Virus record (IMG/VR): IMGVR_UViG_3300006029_000079
Span: 1-25,971 of that record
Strand: one strand, 5' to 3'
Length of the DNA: 25,971 bases
DNA from: a virus
Lineage: Duplodnaviria > Caudoviricetes
A program made the translations under genes and the position numbers. The notes under the pieces were generated by a model that had not been told where the DNA came from, did not search any database, and was given only the letters and a program-made list of their open reading frames with translations. Positions 16,663-25,645 of this stretch are shown piece after piece; position 1 is the first letter of the stretch, and every line of letters begins with the position of its first letter.

Positions 16663-16728
16663 TATAATATAATACACCGCAACAAGTGCCAAAGTTGCCA
16701 ACATTTTTTAACCTAAAAATTCATTATT

Positions 16729-17784
16729 ATGAGTTTAGTAGCAACTTTGGCGCTTGAATTTAGAGAAAAATCCCCTAGATTTGATAGTGCTGAATTAAGA
16801 GTAACCAGCGCAGGGGTTCACAATGCCTTTATGAGGCAAACCCAAGGGGCGCAGTCTTTTATCACCCCCCAATTAGCGCAACGTGCTTTTTCAAGTGCTG
16901 GAAATACCTTAAAAATACCTGTTATCAATTACAAAGATGTGACTGTAAGAAGTACACGCCCTTTAACAATTGCAGCAGATGAAAATACAAGTGCATTCTA
17001 TACCGTAGTGTTTACCACTTTGGCTTATGGATTTGCAATGTATCCTGCCCAACATTACAACAATGATGTTGACATGCAGTTAGATTTTGATAAGAAGTAC
17101 CAGGCAATGATTGTCAAAATGAAAACCACTTTAGAGGGTTTGGCAGTTACGGCATTAGATGCTGCAAAAACGCAAGTAATTGGAGAGGTGACGGGAGATA
17201 ATAATACCTTTGCTTCAAATGTAGTAAGTGAAACGACAATAGCAGACCTGAAAAGTGCCTACATTGTACACGACCTTGACCCTATGATGCAATCAAATGA
17301 TTTTGATTTGTTCGGAGGTGATATTGTCGGAAATCAAGGCTTGAAAGCGATTACTAACCGAATGGAAGGATTTGGGGAATACAACCAGGAGAACAAAACG
17401 CTGCCTTTTGCAGATAAGTTTTTCGGTTTTTCAAATAGCATTTCTAATGCTGCTTTGAAATCTGCAACAGGTTATGCAATCACAGATGGTACTTTAGGTA
17501 TGTTGACCAGAGTTGAACCAGACGCAATTATGGGAACTAAATTAGGTACTTCGCATGAGTGGGGAACTGTTGAAATCCCATTATTGGGTATCAATTCAGG
17601 TTATTATTCCTATGAGGCAGCAGTCGATGCAAGTAGTGTAGCAGGAGGCGCAACCGCCCACCTAACCAGAACAGGTGCAAGATTTGTTGATTTTGCTTTT
17701 GATGTGGCTTATGTTGTTAAGTATAATTCCGACCGTTCTACGATTCCTTCAGGGATTATTAAGTTTGATGTACAGACGGCCTAA
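16729..17784 (+). CDS. Major capsid protein
   Basis: 351 aa after the scaffold and followed by a terminator; MSL.AT...GNT..IPVINY...V...R...IA.DENTS recalled from B40-8-like capsid proteins. Confidence 0.8.
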   Translation: MSLVATLALEFREKSPRFDSAELRVTSAGVHNAFMRQTQGAQSFITPQLAQRAFSSAGNTLKIPVINYKDVTVRSTRPLTIAADENTSAFYTVVFTTLAYGFAMYPAQHYNNDVDMQLDFDKKYQAMIVKMKTTLEGLAVTALDAAKTQVIGEVTGDNNTFASNVVSETTIADLKSAYIVHDLDPMMQSNDFDLFGGDIVGNQGLKAITNRMEGFGEYNQENKTLPFADKFFGFSNSISNAALKSATGYAITDGTLGMLTRVEPDAIMGTKLGTSHEWGTVEIPLLGINSGYYSYEAAVDASSVAGGATAHLTRTGARFVDFAFDVAYVVKYNSDRSTIPSGIIKFDVQTA

Positions 17785-17821
17785 TTAGATTAGATTTAAT
17801 CAGACTAATCCATAAATCAAT

Positions 17822-17859
17822 AAAGGGGGTCTTTCGGTGCTGTTAGCCCCCTTTGTTTT
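17822..17859 (+). terminator. Hairpin/terminator after the capsid gene
   Basis: AAAGGGGG...CCCCCTTT followed by GTTTT. Confidence 0.55.
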
Positions 17860-17869
17860 ATCTTTTCTT

Positions 17870-19129
17870 ATGTTCAATGTTTCAACTATTAAGGCAGGTC
17901 TTTTGGGTTTAGTTGGCTATCGTCAAAACTATGACCCAAGCGGTACACAATTACAAGCAATGACCACCAGCGAAAGCGGTCTATTTGTGAATGATGCCAG
18001 CGCCTTATTGACGTTTCAGAACATGTTGAGCGCAGCACCTCAATTTGATTTGGTGACTGTTCCAGCATGGAACAATGCAACAGCGTACACAATTGGGCAA
18101 ATAGTGAAAGTTAGTAGTATAGACTATATTTGTATTGCTGCCAACACTAACCAAACGCCACCAGACGCAACCTACTGGAAAATTTATTACCCTTTTACCA
18201 ATTGGCTACAAGAAAGAACAGAACAGGGAATTATAAGCCTGTTAAATAAGTGGGCAGAACTGAAGGTAAAAAGAAAGACAGCAAAAAATCTACTTTCCAG
18301 AAGTCAATTATTTGAACGCACAGGAAATTTTGTGGACCTAGTAGACGTGAGAGATTACAGGGTAGGCTTTGAAATTATACCCTATAAGAGCAGGGGGGTA
18401 ATTCAAAGGATTACTAAGATAGGTTTGCAATTTACACAAAATCAGACTATTCCAATCAAGCTTTTTCAATCTGGACAAAAAACAGAAATACACACCTTCA
18501 ACTTTGTTTACACGGGTGCAGGTTCGGTGCAATGGTTTGACCTTGCTAGCTTGGACGTTGTTTGGAGCATGGCAGGGGGTAATTCTTATTATCTGGAATA
18601 TGATTTGAATGTAATTACTGGCAATCCAATCAACGGGGTCTATGACTATTCATTAAGCTATGAAAATAGCGGTTTCGGTCGATTGGGTTTGTTTACTTTT
18701 AATAAATTTTTTGGGGTTCATGGCTTCCAGACTACTGAGGCTTTGACCACGTTGGGGGACCTCACAAAAAACGCCTACAACTATTCTACTAACTACGGTA
18801 TCAATTTACAGTTTGATGTCAGGGCAGATTATACAGACTTTATTTTAGAGCAAAAGAGCCTATTTGCTACTGCTATTCAAAAGCAAATTGCAGTCAATTT
18901 AGTGAAACAATTGGCAGCGAATGCAGAAAGCAGAGTAAATAGGAATATCAATGTAGATTGGCAAAAAATGCAGTTTGAATTGTTCGGAGATACCCAAAGC
19001 ACAGGAAAGCCAATGGGTTTAGTCCATGAGCTTAATAGTGCTATAGATGCCATACAATTTGACACCAGCAACATTGACAGGATATTGTTACCCTCTAAGC
19101 GAACAGGGGTTAATTATAGTGTAGTATAA
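17870..19129 (+). CDS. Virion protein (head-tail adaptor-like) with an inserted carbohydrate-binding (CBM5/12-like) module
   Basis: ATG at 17870; AWNNATAYTIGQIV....DYIC..AN....P....YW insert; position after the capsid gene. Confidence 0.6.
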   Translation: MFNVSTIKAGLLGLVGYRQNYDPSGTQLQAMTTSESGLFVNDASALLTFQNMLSAAPQFDLVTVPAWNNATAYTIGQIVKVSSIDYICIAANTNQTPPDATYWKIYYPFTNWLQERTEQGIISLLNKWAELKVKRKTAKNLLSRSQLFERTGNFVDLVDVRDYRVGFEIIPYKSRGVIQRITKIGLQFTQNQTIPIKLFQSGQKTEIHTFNFVYTGAGSVQWFDLASLDVVWSMAGGNSYYLEYDLNVITGNPINGVYDYSLSYENSGFGRLGLFTFNKFFGVHGFQTTEALTTLGDLTKNAYNYSTNYGINLQFDVRADYTDFILEQKSLFATAIQKQIAVNLVKQLAANAESRVNRNINVDWQKMQFELFGDTQSTGKPMGLVHELNSAIDAIQFDTSNIDRILLPSKRTGVNYSVV

Positions 19130-19560
19130 TGCCATTTTCTGCACACATACAAATATTAACAGACTTTGAAAAGGAAAAGGATAAACTTTTATTAGAGGCT
19201 GTCAGGGACTTTGAAAAAGAAATTATTCTATTCAACCAGGAGCAGTTGCAAGATGGGGAACTAAGCACAGGACAGGATATTACGCCACCCTATAGACCCT
19301 TTACAATAAGCGTAAAAAAAGGAAAAGGGCAGGTTTATGATAGGGTAACTTTATTAGATACAGGTGACTATTATAGTAAGTTTTTCCTAGTCTATTTCAA
19401 AGATAAATTTTCTATTGAATCTACAGACCGAAAAGCCCTATCATTAGAATTAAAATACAGTATTGATATTTTGGGATTGAATGACAAAAATTTACAGGGA
19501 ACTATTGATTTAATCAAGCCAAATTTTATAGACAGATTCAGAAAAGCATTAAATGAATAA
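19129..19560 (+). CDS. Putative neck/tail-completion protein
   Basis: YRPFTI..KK.KGQ..DRVTL.DTG motif; synteny; coupled start. Confidence 0.55.
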   Translation: MPFSAHIQILTDFEKEKDKLLLEAVRDFEKEIILFNQEQLQDGELSTGQDITPPYRPFTISVKKGKGQVYDRVTLLDTGDYYSKFFLVYFKDKFSIESTDRKALSLELKYSIDILGLNDKNLQGTIDLIKPNFIDRFRKALNE

Positions 19561-20134
19561 TCCAGTACAACCAACTTTAGTCACCCCTACCCTATTTGAT
19601 AAGGCTTTTAATGAAATTGGGGGCGTTCTAACAACTGAATTAAGTTGGTTGACTAATGCTTATAGACAAGCTGAAAAAATACCTATCCAGCGCAATAATA
19701 GGGCATCCTATGAACCCCATATATACGTAGGACGTCAAGACTACCCAAACGAATATTTGAACCTGTTGCCAGATGAATACTTAGAAAATCATTGTTTTTT
19801 TTTGGTAGATGACGGGGTAAATATAGCAGAGAGAAAAGGGCAATTAGGTGATTTTTTTGGTACTTATTCTTTGATATTTTGGTGGGATTACAGAACAGCC
19901 CACCCTACTGACCACCTGCAAAGGACAATTGAAAACGTAAAAAGAGATATTCTAGTTTTATTGGCAAAAACAGCTTTCAAAACCTGTTCAATTACTATCC
20001 AAAAAACTTATGTAGAAGCTAAGAATATTTATAAGGGGTTTGATATTCAAGACGCAAAGCAGCAATTCCTTATGCGTCCGTATGGTGGCCTTAGAATAGA
20101 AGGACAAATTAAAATTAAACAGAATTGTAATTAA
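19553..20134 (+). CDS. Putative tail terminator/connector protein
   Basis: Synteny and size; overlapping start. Confidence 0.5.
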   Translation: MNNPVQPTLVTPTLFDKAFNEIGGVLTTELSWLTNAYRQAEKIPIQRNNRASYEPHIYVGRQDYPNEYLNLLPDEYLENHCFFLVDDGVNIAERKGQLGDFFGTYSLIFWWDYRTAHPTDHLQRTIENVKRDILVLLAKTAFKTCSITIQKTYVEAKNIYKGFDIQDAKQQFLMRPYGGLRIEGQIKIKQNCN

Positions 20135-20152
20135 AAATCAAAATCAAAATGT

Positions 20153-20395
20153 ATGGAAAAGGTATTACAAATTATATTCCAATTATTACCCTTCTTAAAT
20201 GGGTGGTTCAATAATCCTATCAAAAAAAAAGCCCGATTGGTTCGCAAGCTGAACAGGTGGGAGAAAAAGGGCAAAATAAGCAAAGAAGAGAAAATGGAAC
20301 TTCTGAAAGAATTAGGGATAGAATTGACCCCAACAATCCAGACAGCAGCCCGAAACCTAGAATTGAGCAACCCACAATCAACAAATTATTCCTAG
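20153..20395 (+). CDS. Small protein with a hydrophobic N-terminal helix (lysis-associated?)
   Basis: MEKVLQIIFQLLPFLNGWF followed by a basic stretch; overlaps the amidase frame. Confidence 0.55.
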   Translation: MEKVLQIIFQLLPFLNGWFNNPIKKKARLVRKLNRWEKKGKISKEEKMELLKELGIELTPTIQTAARNLELSNPQSTNYS

Positions 20396-20946
20396 ATAAT
20401 CACAACAGACCAGCACTAAATAGACCCGAATTTTACCAAATCAGAGAACTAAAAGCAATTGTACTGCATTGGACAGCGAACCTAAACAAGGGCGCAAATG
20501 CAAAAGCAAACAGGGACTATTTCAATAGCACACAAAGGAAAGCCAGTGCGCACTTTATTGTAGATGAAAAAGAAGTAATACAATGTTTACCGCTTAATGA
20601 AGTGGCCTATCATTGTGGAGATAGAAACCACCGAATTTTAAAAAAGGACGTGAAAAAATATGGGTACACTAAATTTGGTTTTTCCCTTTTGGATGAAAAA
20701 AGATTAACCCCAAATTTCTATACTATAGGGGTTGAAATGTGTGTAAATAGTGATGGTGATTTCAAAGAAACTTTAAGGAGAACAGTAAAATTAATTCGAT
20801 ACCTTAAAAGCATTCATGGTAATGTTCCTTTAGTCCGACATTATGATATAACAGGCAAAAAATGCCCAAAGCATAAAGTACATGGAAAGTGGAAAATGAT
20901 TGATAAGATTGATTGGAAATTACTTTTAGAATATTGTAAAATATAA
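20257..20946 (+). CDS. N-acetylmuramoyl-L-alanine amidase (Amidase_2) endolysin; start uncertain
   Basis: IVLHWTA, ASAHFIVD, EVAYHCGD, TIGVEMC, LVRHYDITGKKCP zinc-amidase motifs; no ATG before the domain. Confidence 0.9.
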   Translation: MGEKGQNKQRRENGTSERIRDRIDPNNPDSSPKPRIEQPTINKLFLDNHNRPALNRPEFYQIRELKAIVLHWTANLNKGANAKANRDYFNSTQRKASAHFIVDEKEVIQCLPLNEVAYHCGDRNHRILKKDVKKYGYTKFGFSLLDEKRLTPNFYTIGVEMCVNSDGDFKETLRRTVKLIRYLKSIHGNVPLVRHYDITGKKCPKHKVHGKWKMIDKIDWKLLLEYCKI

Positions 20947-20950
20947 AACT

Positions 20951-21235
20951 ATGTTAGATAAACAGATAATTGATAAGGCAATCAAAAAGGCAGAATCAGA
21001 GCAGCGCAGCCACTTTAGAATATTGGAAGCACAAGAGAAGGAGATAGGGGAAATATCAAAGCAGATTAGAGTGCAAAAAAAACTGATTATAGCCGCAAAG
21101 GATAAGCTGACAGTTTTACAACTGAACAAAGAAATGAAAGCAGAACAATTGCAAGAAATGAAGATTCGAGAAGCCGAAATAAAAGGCAATAGAGGGGCTT
21201 TTTTAGAAATGCATAAAACTACTATTGTAGCATGA
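20951..21235 (+). CDS. Hypothetical coiled-coil protein
   Basis: Heptad-rich; ATGA overlap with the next gene. Confidence 0.65.
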   Translation: MLDKQIIDKAIKKAESEQRSHFRILEAQEKEIGEISKQIRVQKKLIIAAKDKLTVLQLNKEMKAEQLQEMKIREAEIKGNRGAFLEMHKTTIVA

Positions 21236-21981
21236 TTACAGAAAAGTTCAATGGTCATAAAATAGTATTATTTGATTCTATTGAGAATCTACCTATTAAC
21301 CGTTTCCAAGCGTTTCAGGTGGCTTTGTCGATTGATTCAGGTATTGGTGGTGATATGGAAAGTGTGGGCAGTCATATAACTATGCTAGGCAAATATATAA
21401 CCAGCGATAAGAAAGAAGAGGCTTTACAGCAATTGGCCAACTTTCAACAATCCTTGATTTTTGTTATTAGCAACATCAACCCCAAACACAATGCCTTTGC
21501 CTGTTTGGTTCATTCGATTGATGGACAGGAAAGAACAGATATTAGTGAATCTGGCATCAAAGAAACTTTAGAAATATTAGCAAAGCAAAAATTCACAGCA
21601 GGAAAAATAGGGCAACTGCTTAATACTTTAAAAAAAAAATTATTGTCGGAATTATCTACCTGTTTTCCTTCCTTATCTGGAAAAGGAAAAGAGTTGGAAT
21701 ATTACAGCAAAATAAAGAGTAGGGTTATTTTCAGTTTAAGAAAAATCCAAGGGGTTCAGGTTGATGAAAAAATCGCTGCTATTGATGACTACTTATTGCG
21801 CCTTTTACGCCCTAAAAGTTTTGAAGGTACAAACGGTTTAGAGATAGCGCAAAAGAAACAATTTGAGACAATTTGCAGCCTTATATCTCAACACATGAAT
21901 ATAACAGAACCGCAAAAATTAACCGTGTTCGGTTTTTCCAGCAGGTTGGAAATTTTAAAGAAACAATTGAATAAAAAATAA
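21232..21981 (+). CDS. Tail assembly chaperone-like protein
   Basis: Directly upstream of the tape measure gene; central LKKK encoded by an A10 run. Confidence 0.6.
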   Translation: MITEKFNGHKIVLFDSIENLPINRFQAFQVALSIDSGIGGDMESVGSHITMLGKYITSDKKEEALQQLANFQQSLIFVISNINPKHNAFACLVHSIDGQERTDISESGIKETLEILAKQKFTAGKIGQLLNTLKKKLLSELSTCFPSLSGKGKELEYYSKIKSRVIFSLRKIQGVQVDEKIAAIDDYLLRLLRPKSFEGTNGLEIAQKKQFETICSLISQHMNITEPQKLTVFGFSSRLEILKKQLNKK

Positions 21982-21984
21982 ATT

Positions 21985-24594
21985 TTGGCCAATCCAATTA
22001 AAAATAGTGACCTCTATAATGATGACGGTAGTTTAAAAAAGTTAATAGCTGATTTAGAAGCTGCAACGGCTGCTTATAAAAAAATGGTGGACACTATCAA
22101 AGGTGAAGCGGTGAAATTGGAAGTTAGCTTAAAGAACGTAAACAATACAACAGAAGAAGGAAGAAAAGAAACCGTAAAAGCAGCAAAGGCAACAGACGAA
22201 ATGCAAAAGCAAGTTGATAAGTACAACAAAGCTATGCAGCAAAACGCAATTGATATTGAAGAAGCCAAAAGAGCAGTAAAAGAACTTAACAGGAACAATA
22301 GAGCGCAAGCCAGACTAAATGCTTCCTTAGAGGGCAGTTATGATGCCCTTTCTGCACAGTACACTATTAACAAACAGACATTAAATGCAATGTCAAAGGA
22401 AATGAGGGCAGCAGGTGGTGCAGGGGAAAAACTAGAAAAGCAGACTAAAGAGATTTATGAAGAAATGAAACGGCTGCAAGAAGCAACAGGAAAGCATACT
22501 TTGTCAGTTGGTGATTATGCCAAAGCAGTTAGGGGCTTGCCTGGTCCTTTGGGCAGGTGGGCAACCGAATTGACAGGCATAAAAGAGGGGCTAAATGGTG
22601 GAAAAGTGGCACTAAGGGCAATGATTAAGCAAACAGGCGTTTTTAAAGTGGCTTTAGCCGCAACAGGCATAGGTGCTGTTGTTCTTTTATTAGGGGCATT
22701 ATACACCAACCTAACCAGAACACAAAAAGGGCTTGACGCTGTTAATCGGTTCACAGCAGGATTAAGTGCTGTTTTTGATGTGGTGATAGATAGGGTTGCC
22801 ACATTTGGGGGCGCTATTGTCAAATTATTGAAAGGTGACTTTGAAGGAGCTTGGACAGATGCAAAGGCAAGCGTTTCAGGATTTGGTACTGAAGTAGTAA
22901 CTGAATTTAACAAAGCCAGCCAGATAGAAGGGGTAATGCAGGGTATCAAAGAAGAAACACAAAAACTAGAGGTACAAACAGCACGTACAAGGGCAGAAAT
23001 AAAAAAACTTAATCTAGTTGCTGAAGATACGACTAAAAGCACCAAAGAGCGCAGCAGGGCAGCAAAATTGGCGTTTGGATTGGAACAAAATATACAATCA
23101 CAAAGAGAGGACCTTATAAAAAGAGAAATTAAGGCAATTAAAGAAAAGAACGCTTTAGGAGAAACCCTTTTTGAAGATGCCCAAGTTTTAGCCGACAAAG
23201 AAAAGGAATTATTTACCACTCAACAGGAATCTATTGAGATTCAAACGACCCTGCAAAACAAGCTTAATACCATTAATCAAGACGGCATAAACAAAGCCAC
23301 AGCAGCAGCAGCAGCAGACAAAGAAAGGCAAAATTCTGTCAGGGCTTTAGCGGTGGAAATTGAGAACGCAAACGCAAAATTGGGGGGCGCTGCAACAGTT
23401 GCCAGATTAGAATTTGATAGGGCTATTAAGAAAATCCAAGAACTCAAAACAGAAGCAAAAGACTTAGGAACTGACCTGAATTTTGATAGCTTAGAATTGA
23501 TTGAAGAAAGCAAATTAGTTAGGGCATTGGATGGTATTTTAGGAGATACAGGCACACTACAGCCTAAATTAAATGAACTAGGGAAAATTGCAGCATTGAA
23601 CTTTAAAAGCGGCTTAGAGGGTGAGTTAAATCAATCATTACCAGAAGATTTAGGTCAAAATGCTATTGCGCAAGCAGAGAAAATGCAAAAAGACTTTGAG
23701 AAAAAATTATTTAAGTCGGATGTAAAAGAGGGTGGTATTTTTTCAGCTTTAGGATTTAAATTAGGTGTTGATGGTGATGAACAAAAAGTACTTTCTGATT
23801 CGCTAAAATTTGCGAGTGACCAATTAAACCAGTTTGCAGCACTAAGGAAGCGTGTAGCTGACCAAAACGTAAAAAATGCAGCAGATGAAGTAAGTAGCGC
23901 AGAATCAGCACTACAGGCAGAAATTGCCAGCAGAAATGCAGGGTTTGCACACAATGCAGAGACAGCAGCAAAGGAATTAGAGACAGCCAAAGCAAACCAG
24001 CGCAAGGCATTAAAAGACCAAGAAAAGGCACAAAAGCAGCAATTAGCTTTACAAACCATTCAACAGGCCTCAAACTTAATTACAGCAGTTTCTAAAATTT
24101 ATGCAACCGTGGGTTTTCCCTTTTCCCTTATCGCTTCGGGCTTAATGATAGGCAGCTTTGTAGCCAGCAAAGTAAAAGCGTTCCAAGTTGCCCGTAAAAA
24201 AACTTTTGGCAAAGGTGGTTTAGAAACAATCGGAGGCGGCACACATGCAAGCGGTAACGATACCTATTTAGGTTTTGAAAGCGAAGGAAAACCAGCCTTT
24301 GCAGAAAGGGATGAAGCACACATGATAATTAATAATAAGCAAGCCCCAAAATACAAATCAATTCTGCCTTTGATTGCTAAGAGCCTGAATGAGGGTACTT
24401 TTGAAAATCATTTTCAATCCATCAATAAAGCTGCCAATGATATTCCTTTGTTTATAGAATATAAATCTGATAACTCAAAAATGGAAGGGTATTTGGCACA
24501 AATGGCAGCGAAAAAACAGGAGCAATATTTTAGGGATGGTTCAGGTAATTTGGTGCGAATTAGAGGCAATGTAAAAACAACTTATAGAGCATGA
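21985..24594 (+). CDS. Tape measure protein
   Basis: 869-aa Ala/Lys/Glu-rich helical protein with hydrophobic segments (ALAATGIGAVVLLLGALY; GFPFSLIASGLMIGSF); TTG start; position after the chaperone. Confidence 0.8.
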   Translation: MANPIKNSDLYNDDGSLKKLIADLEAATAAYKKMVDTIKGEAVKLEVSLKNVNNTTEEGRKETVKAAKATDEMQKQVDKYNKAMQQNAIDIEEAKRAVKELNRNNRAQARLNASLEGSYDALSAQYTINKQTLNAMSKEMRAAGGAGEKLEKQTKEIYEEMKRLQEATGKHTLSVGDYAKAVRGLPGPLGRWATELTGIKEGLNGGKVALRAMIKQTGVFKVALAATGIGAVVLLLGALYTNLTRTQKGLDAVNRFTAGLSAVFDVVIDRVATFGGAIVKLLKGDFEGAWTDAKASVSGFGTEVVTEFNKASQIEGVMQGIKEETQKLEVQTARTRAEIKKLNLVAEDTTKSTKERSRAAKLAFGLEQNIQSQREDLIKREIKAIKEKNALGETLFEDAQVLADKEKELFTTQQESIEIQTTLQNKLNTINQDGINKATAAAAADKERQNSVRALAVEIENANAKLGGAATVARLEFDRAIKKIQELKTEAKDLGTDLNFDSLELIEESKLVRALDGILGDTGTLQPKLNELGKIAALNFKSGLEGELNQSLPEDLGQNAIAQAEKMQKDFEKKLFKSDVKEGGIFSALGFKLGVDGDEQKVLSDSLKFASDQLNQFAALRKRVADQNVKNAADEVSSAESALQAEIASRNAGFAHNAETAAKELETAKANQRKALKDQEKAQKQQLALQTIQQASNLITAVSKIYATVGFPFSLIASGLMIGSFVASKVKAFQVARKKTFGKGGLETIGGGTHASGNDTYLGFESEGKPAFAERDEAHMIINNKQAPKYKSILPLIAKSLNEGTFENHFQSINKAANDIPLFIEYKSDNSKMEGYLAQMAAKKQEQYFRDGSGNLVRIRGNVKTTYRA

Positions 24595-24640
24595 TAAAAG
24601 AAACCGAAATAGCAGAAGAAATAAACACTAATATTTTCAT
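24560..24640 (-). CDS. 26-aa hydrophobic peptide
   Basis: MKILVFISSAISVSFIMLYKLFLHCL*; AT-rich leader and an upstream -7 box. Confidence 0.4.
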   Translation of the reverse strand: MKILVFISSAISVSFIMLYKLFLHCL

Positions 24641-24693
24641 AACAATTATTTAAGGGTTAAAACCCTAACAATAAGCTAAAAATATCAAAAAGT

Positions 24694-24701
24694 CAAATGT
24701 A
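24694..24701 (-). promoter_or_regulatory. Possible -7 promoter element for the hydrophobic peptide
   Basis: TACATTTG on the minus strand matches TAnnTTTG; the -33 match is imperfect. Confidence 0.35.
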
Positions 24702-24726
24702 AAAGACGAATAGACAGGAATTAAAT

Positions 24727-24755
24727 AAAAAAAGCTGTCCGATACACGAACAGCT
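24727..24755 (-). terminator. Intrinsic terminator of the antirepressor operon
   Basis: AGCTGT...ACAGCT stem with an A7 tract on the plus side (U tract on the minus transcript). Confidence 0.6.
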
Positions 24756-24803
24756 ATAAATAATAAGTAGTCTAAAAAGTTAGATTATTGTGTTTTTGAA
24801 AAA

Positions 24804-24989
24804 TTATATTTGTTTTGCTAAATCAAGGCTCAAATGGTTAAAGATTTGCTGATACTTGTGTCGCTTCCACTCCTCAATATTTTCATATTCTGGATGAGAA
24901 ACAAAATGTTCGGACATTTCAAAAAGCATATTTAGGACATCATTGGCGTTAAAGTGCTTTCGGGTATTCTTTAGTTTTATCTTAGTCAT
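24804..24989 (-). CDS. Hypothetical protein co-transcribed with the antirepressor
   Basis: Starts 2 nt after the antA stop. Confidence 0.65.
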   Translation of the reverse strand: MTKIKLKNTRKHFNANDVLNMLFEMSEHFVSHPEYENIEEWKRHKYQQIFNHLSLDLAKQI

Positions 24990-24991
24990 GG

Positions 24992-25645
24992 TTAGGCGTT
25001 TTGAGCGTTAAGAGATTGGAAAACTTCAATTAGGACAGATTTAGGATAAGAACCTACTTCACCAAATCTAGGGTCAGGCACTTTGTCTATAGGAAAGCCT
25101 TTCTTCTTACAGATTGCAGAAGCTTTCCTTCCTAAATTAGCAGCCAACTTAATACCTACTTTGATGCCTTGCAAAGTGCCATATCCTGCCACGGTGAAAT
25201 AATCGGGGCGCGTAGTGGTCTTGGCTTCCAATAAGGTTAATCGCTCTTTAATCTCAATTTGTGCCAATCGCATAGCAATAATTGGGTCTTGTGCCATCTT
25301 TAAAACAGCCTCATTCGATTTTTGAAGTTTGGCTTCGCATTGGATGAAGTATTGGCGAGCTTGTTGACCCTGTTTGTTGTTCTGGACCATGGACAATTCT
25401 TTTGCCATGGAGAGGGTAAGGGCGTAGAAATATTTCTTTCCACCGTTTTCCCTATTTTGGGAAAACGTCACAAAGTGCTGATTTTCAGTAAATTGATATT
25501 TTTCAATTAACCGTTTAATCCAAGTTATGAACTTTGTCTTAACTTCTAAAAAGGAATGTAATTCACGTGCAGATACGCACTTTTGGGAAGCTTTACCAAT
25601 TTTTGTTTCCCGAATTGGTACGAGTTGATTTAATACTTCTTGCAT
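24992..25645 (-). CDS. antA: AntA/AntB family phage antirepressor
   Basis: VSARELHSFLEV.T.F..WI.R.I..Y.F.EN..F...Y.LTL.MAKELSMV....QG..ARQYFI.CE is the AntA domain signature. Confidence 0.9.
   Translation of the reverse strand: MQEVLNQLVPIRETKIGKASQKCVSARELHSFLEVKTKFITWIKRLIEKYQFTENQHFVTFSQNRENGGKKYFYALTLSMAKELSMVQNNKQGQQARQYFIQCEAKLQKSNEAVLKMAQDPIIAMRLAQIEIKERLTLLEAKTTTRPDYFTVAGYGTLQGIKVGIKLAANLGRKASAICKKKGFPIDKVPDPRFGEVGSYPKSVLIEVFQSLNAQNA

Noticed and set aside
22074-24319. Several minus-strand ORFs within the tape measure gene (and similar ones at 1047, 2157, 8372, 10780, 13080, 20926)
   Set aside because: Antisense shadows of well-supported plus-strand genes, with no recognisable motifs
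24591-24653. 20-codon plus-strand ORF overlapping the tape-measure stop (ATGA)
   Set aside because: Too short to support and opposite the better-supported minus-strand peptide; could be a remnant
3797-25007. TTAGGCGTTTT(A/G)AGCG at 3797-3812 and 24992-25007 as att or direct repeats
   Set aside because: A 15/16 match is compatible with chance in a 26-kb AT-rich sequence, one copy is coding, and the positions make no sense as element ends
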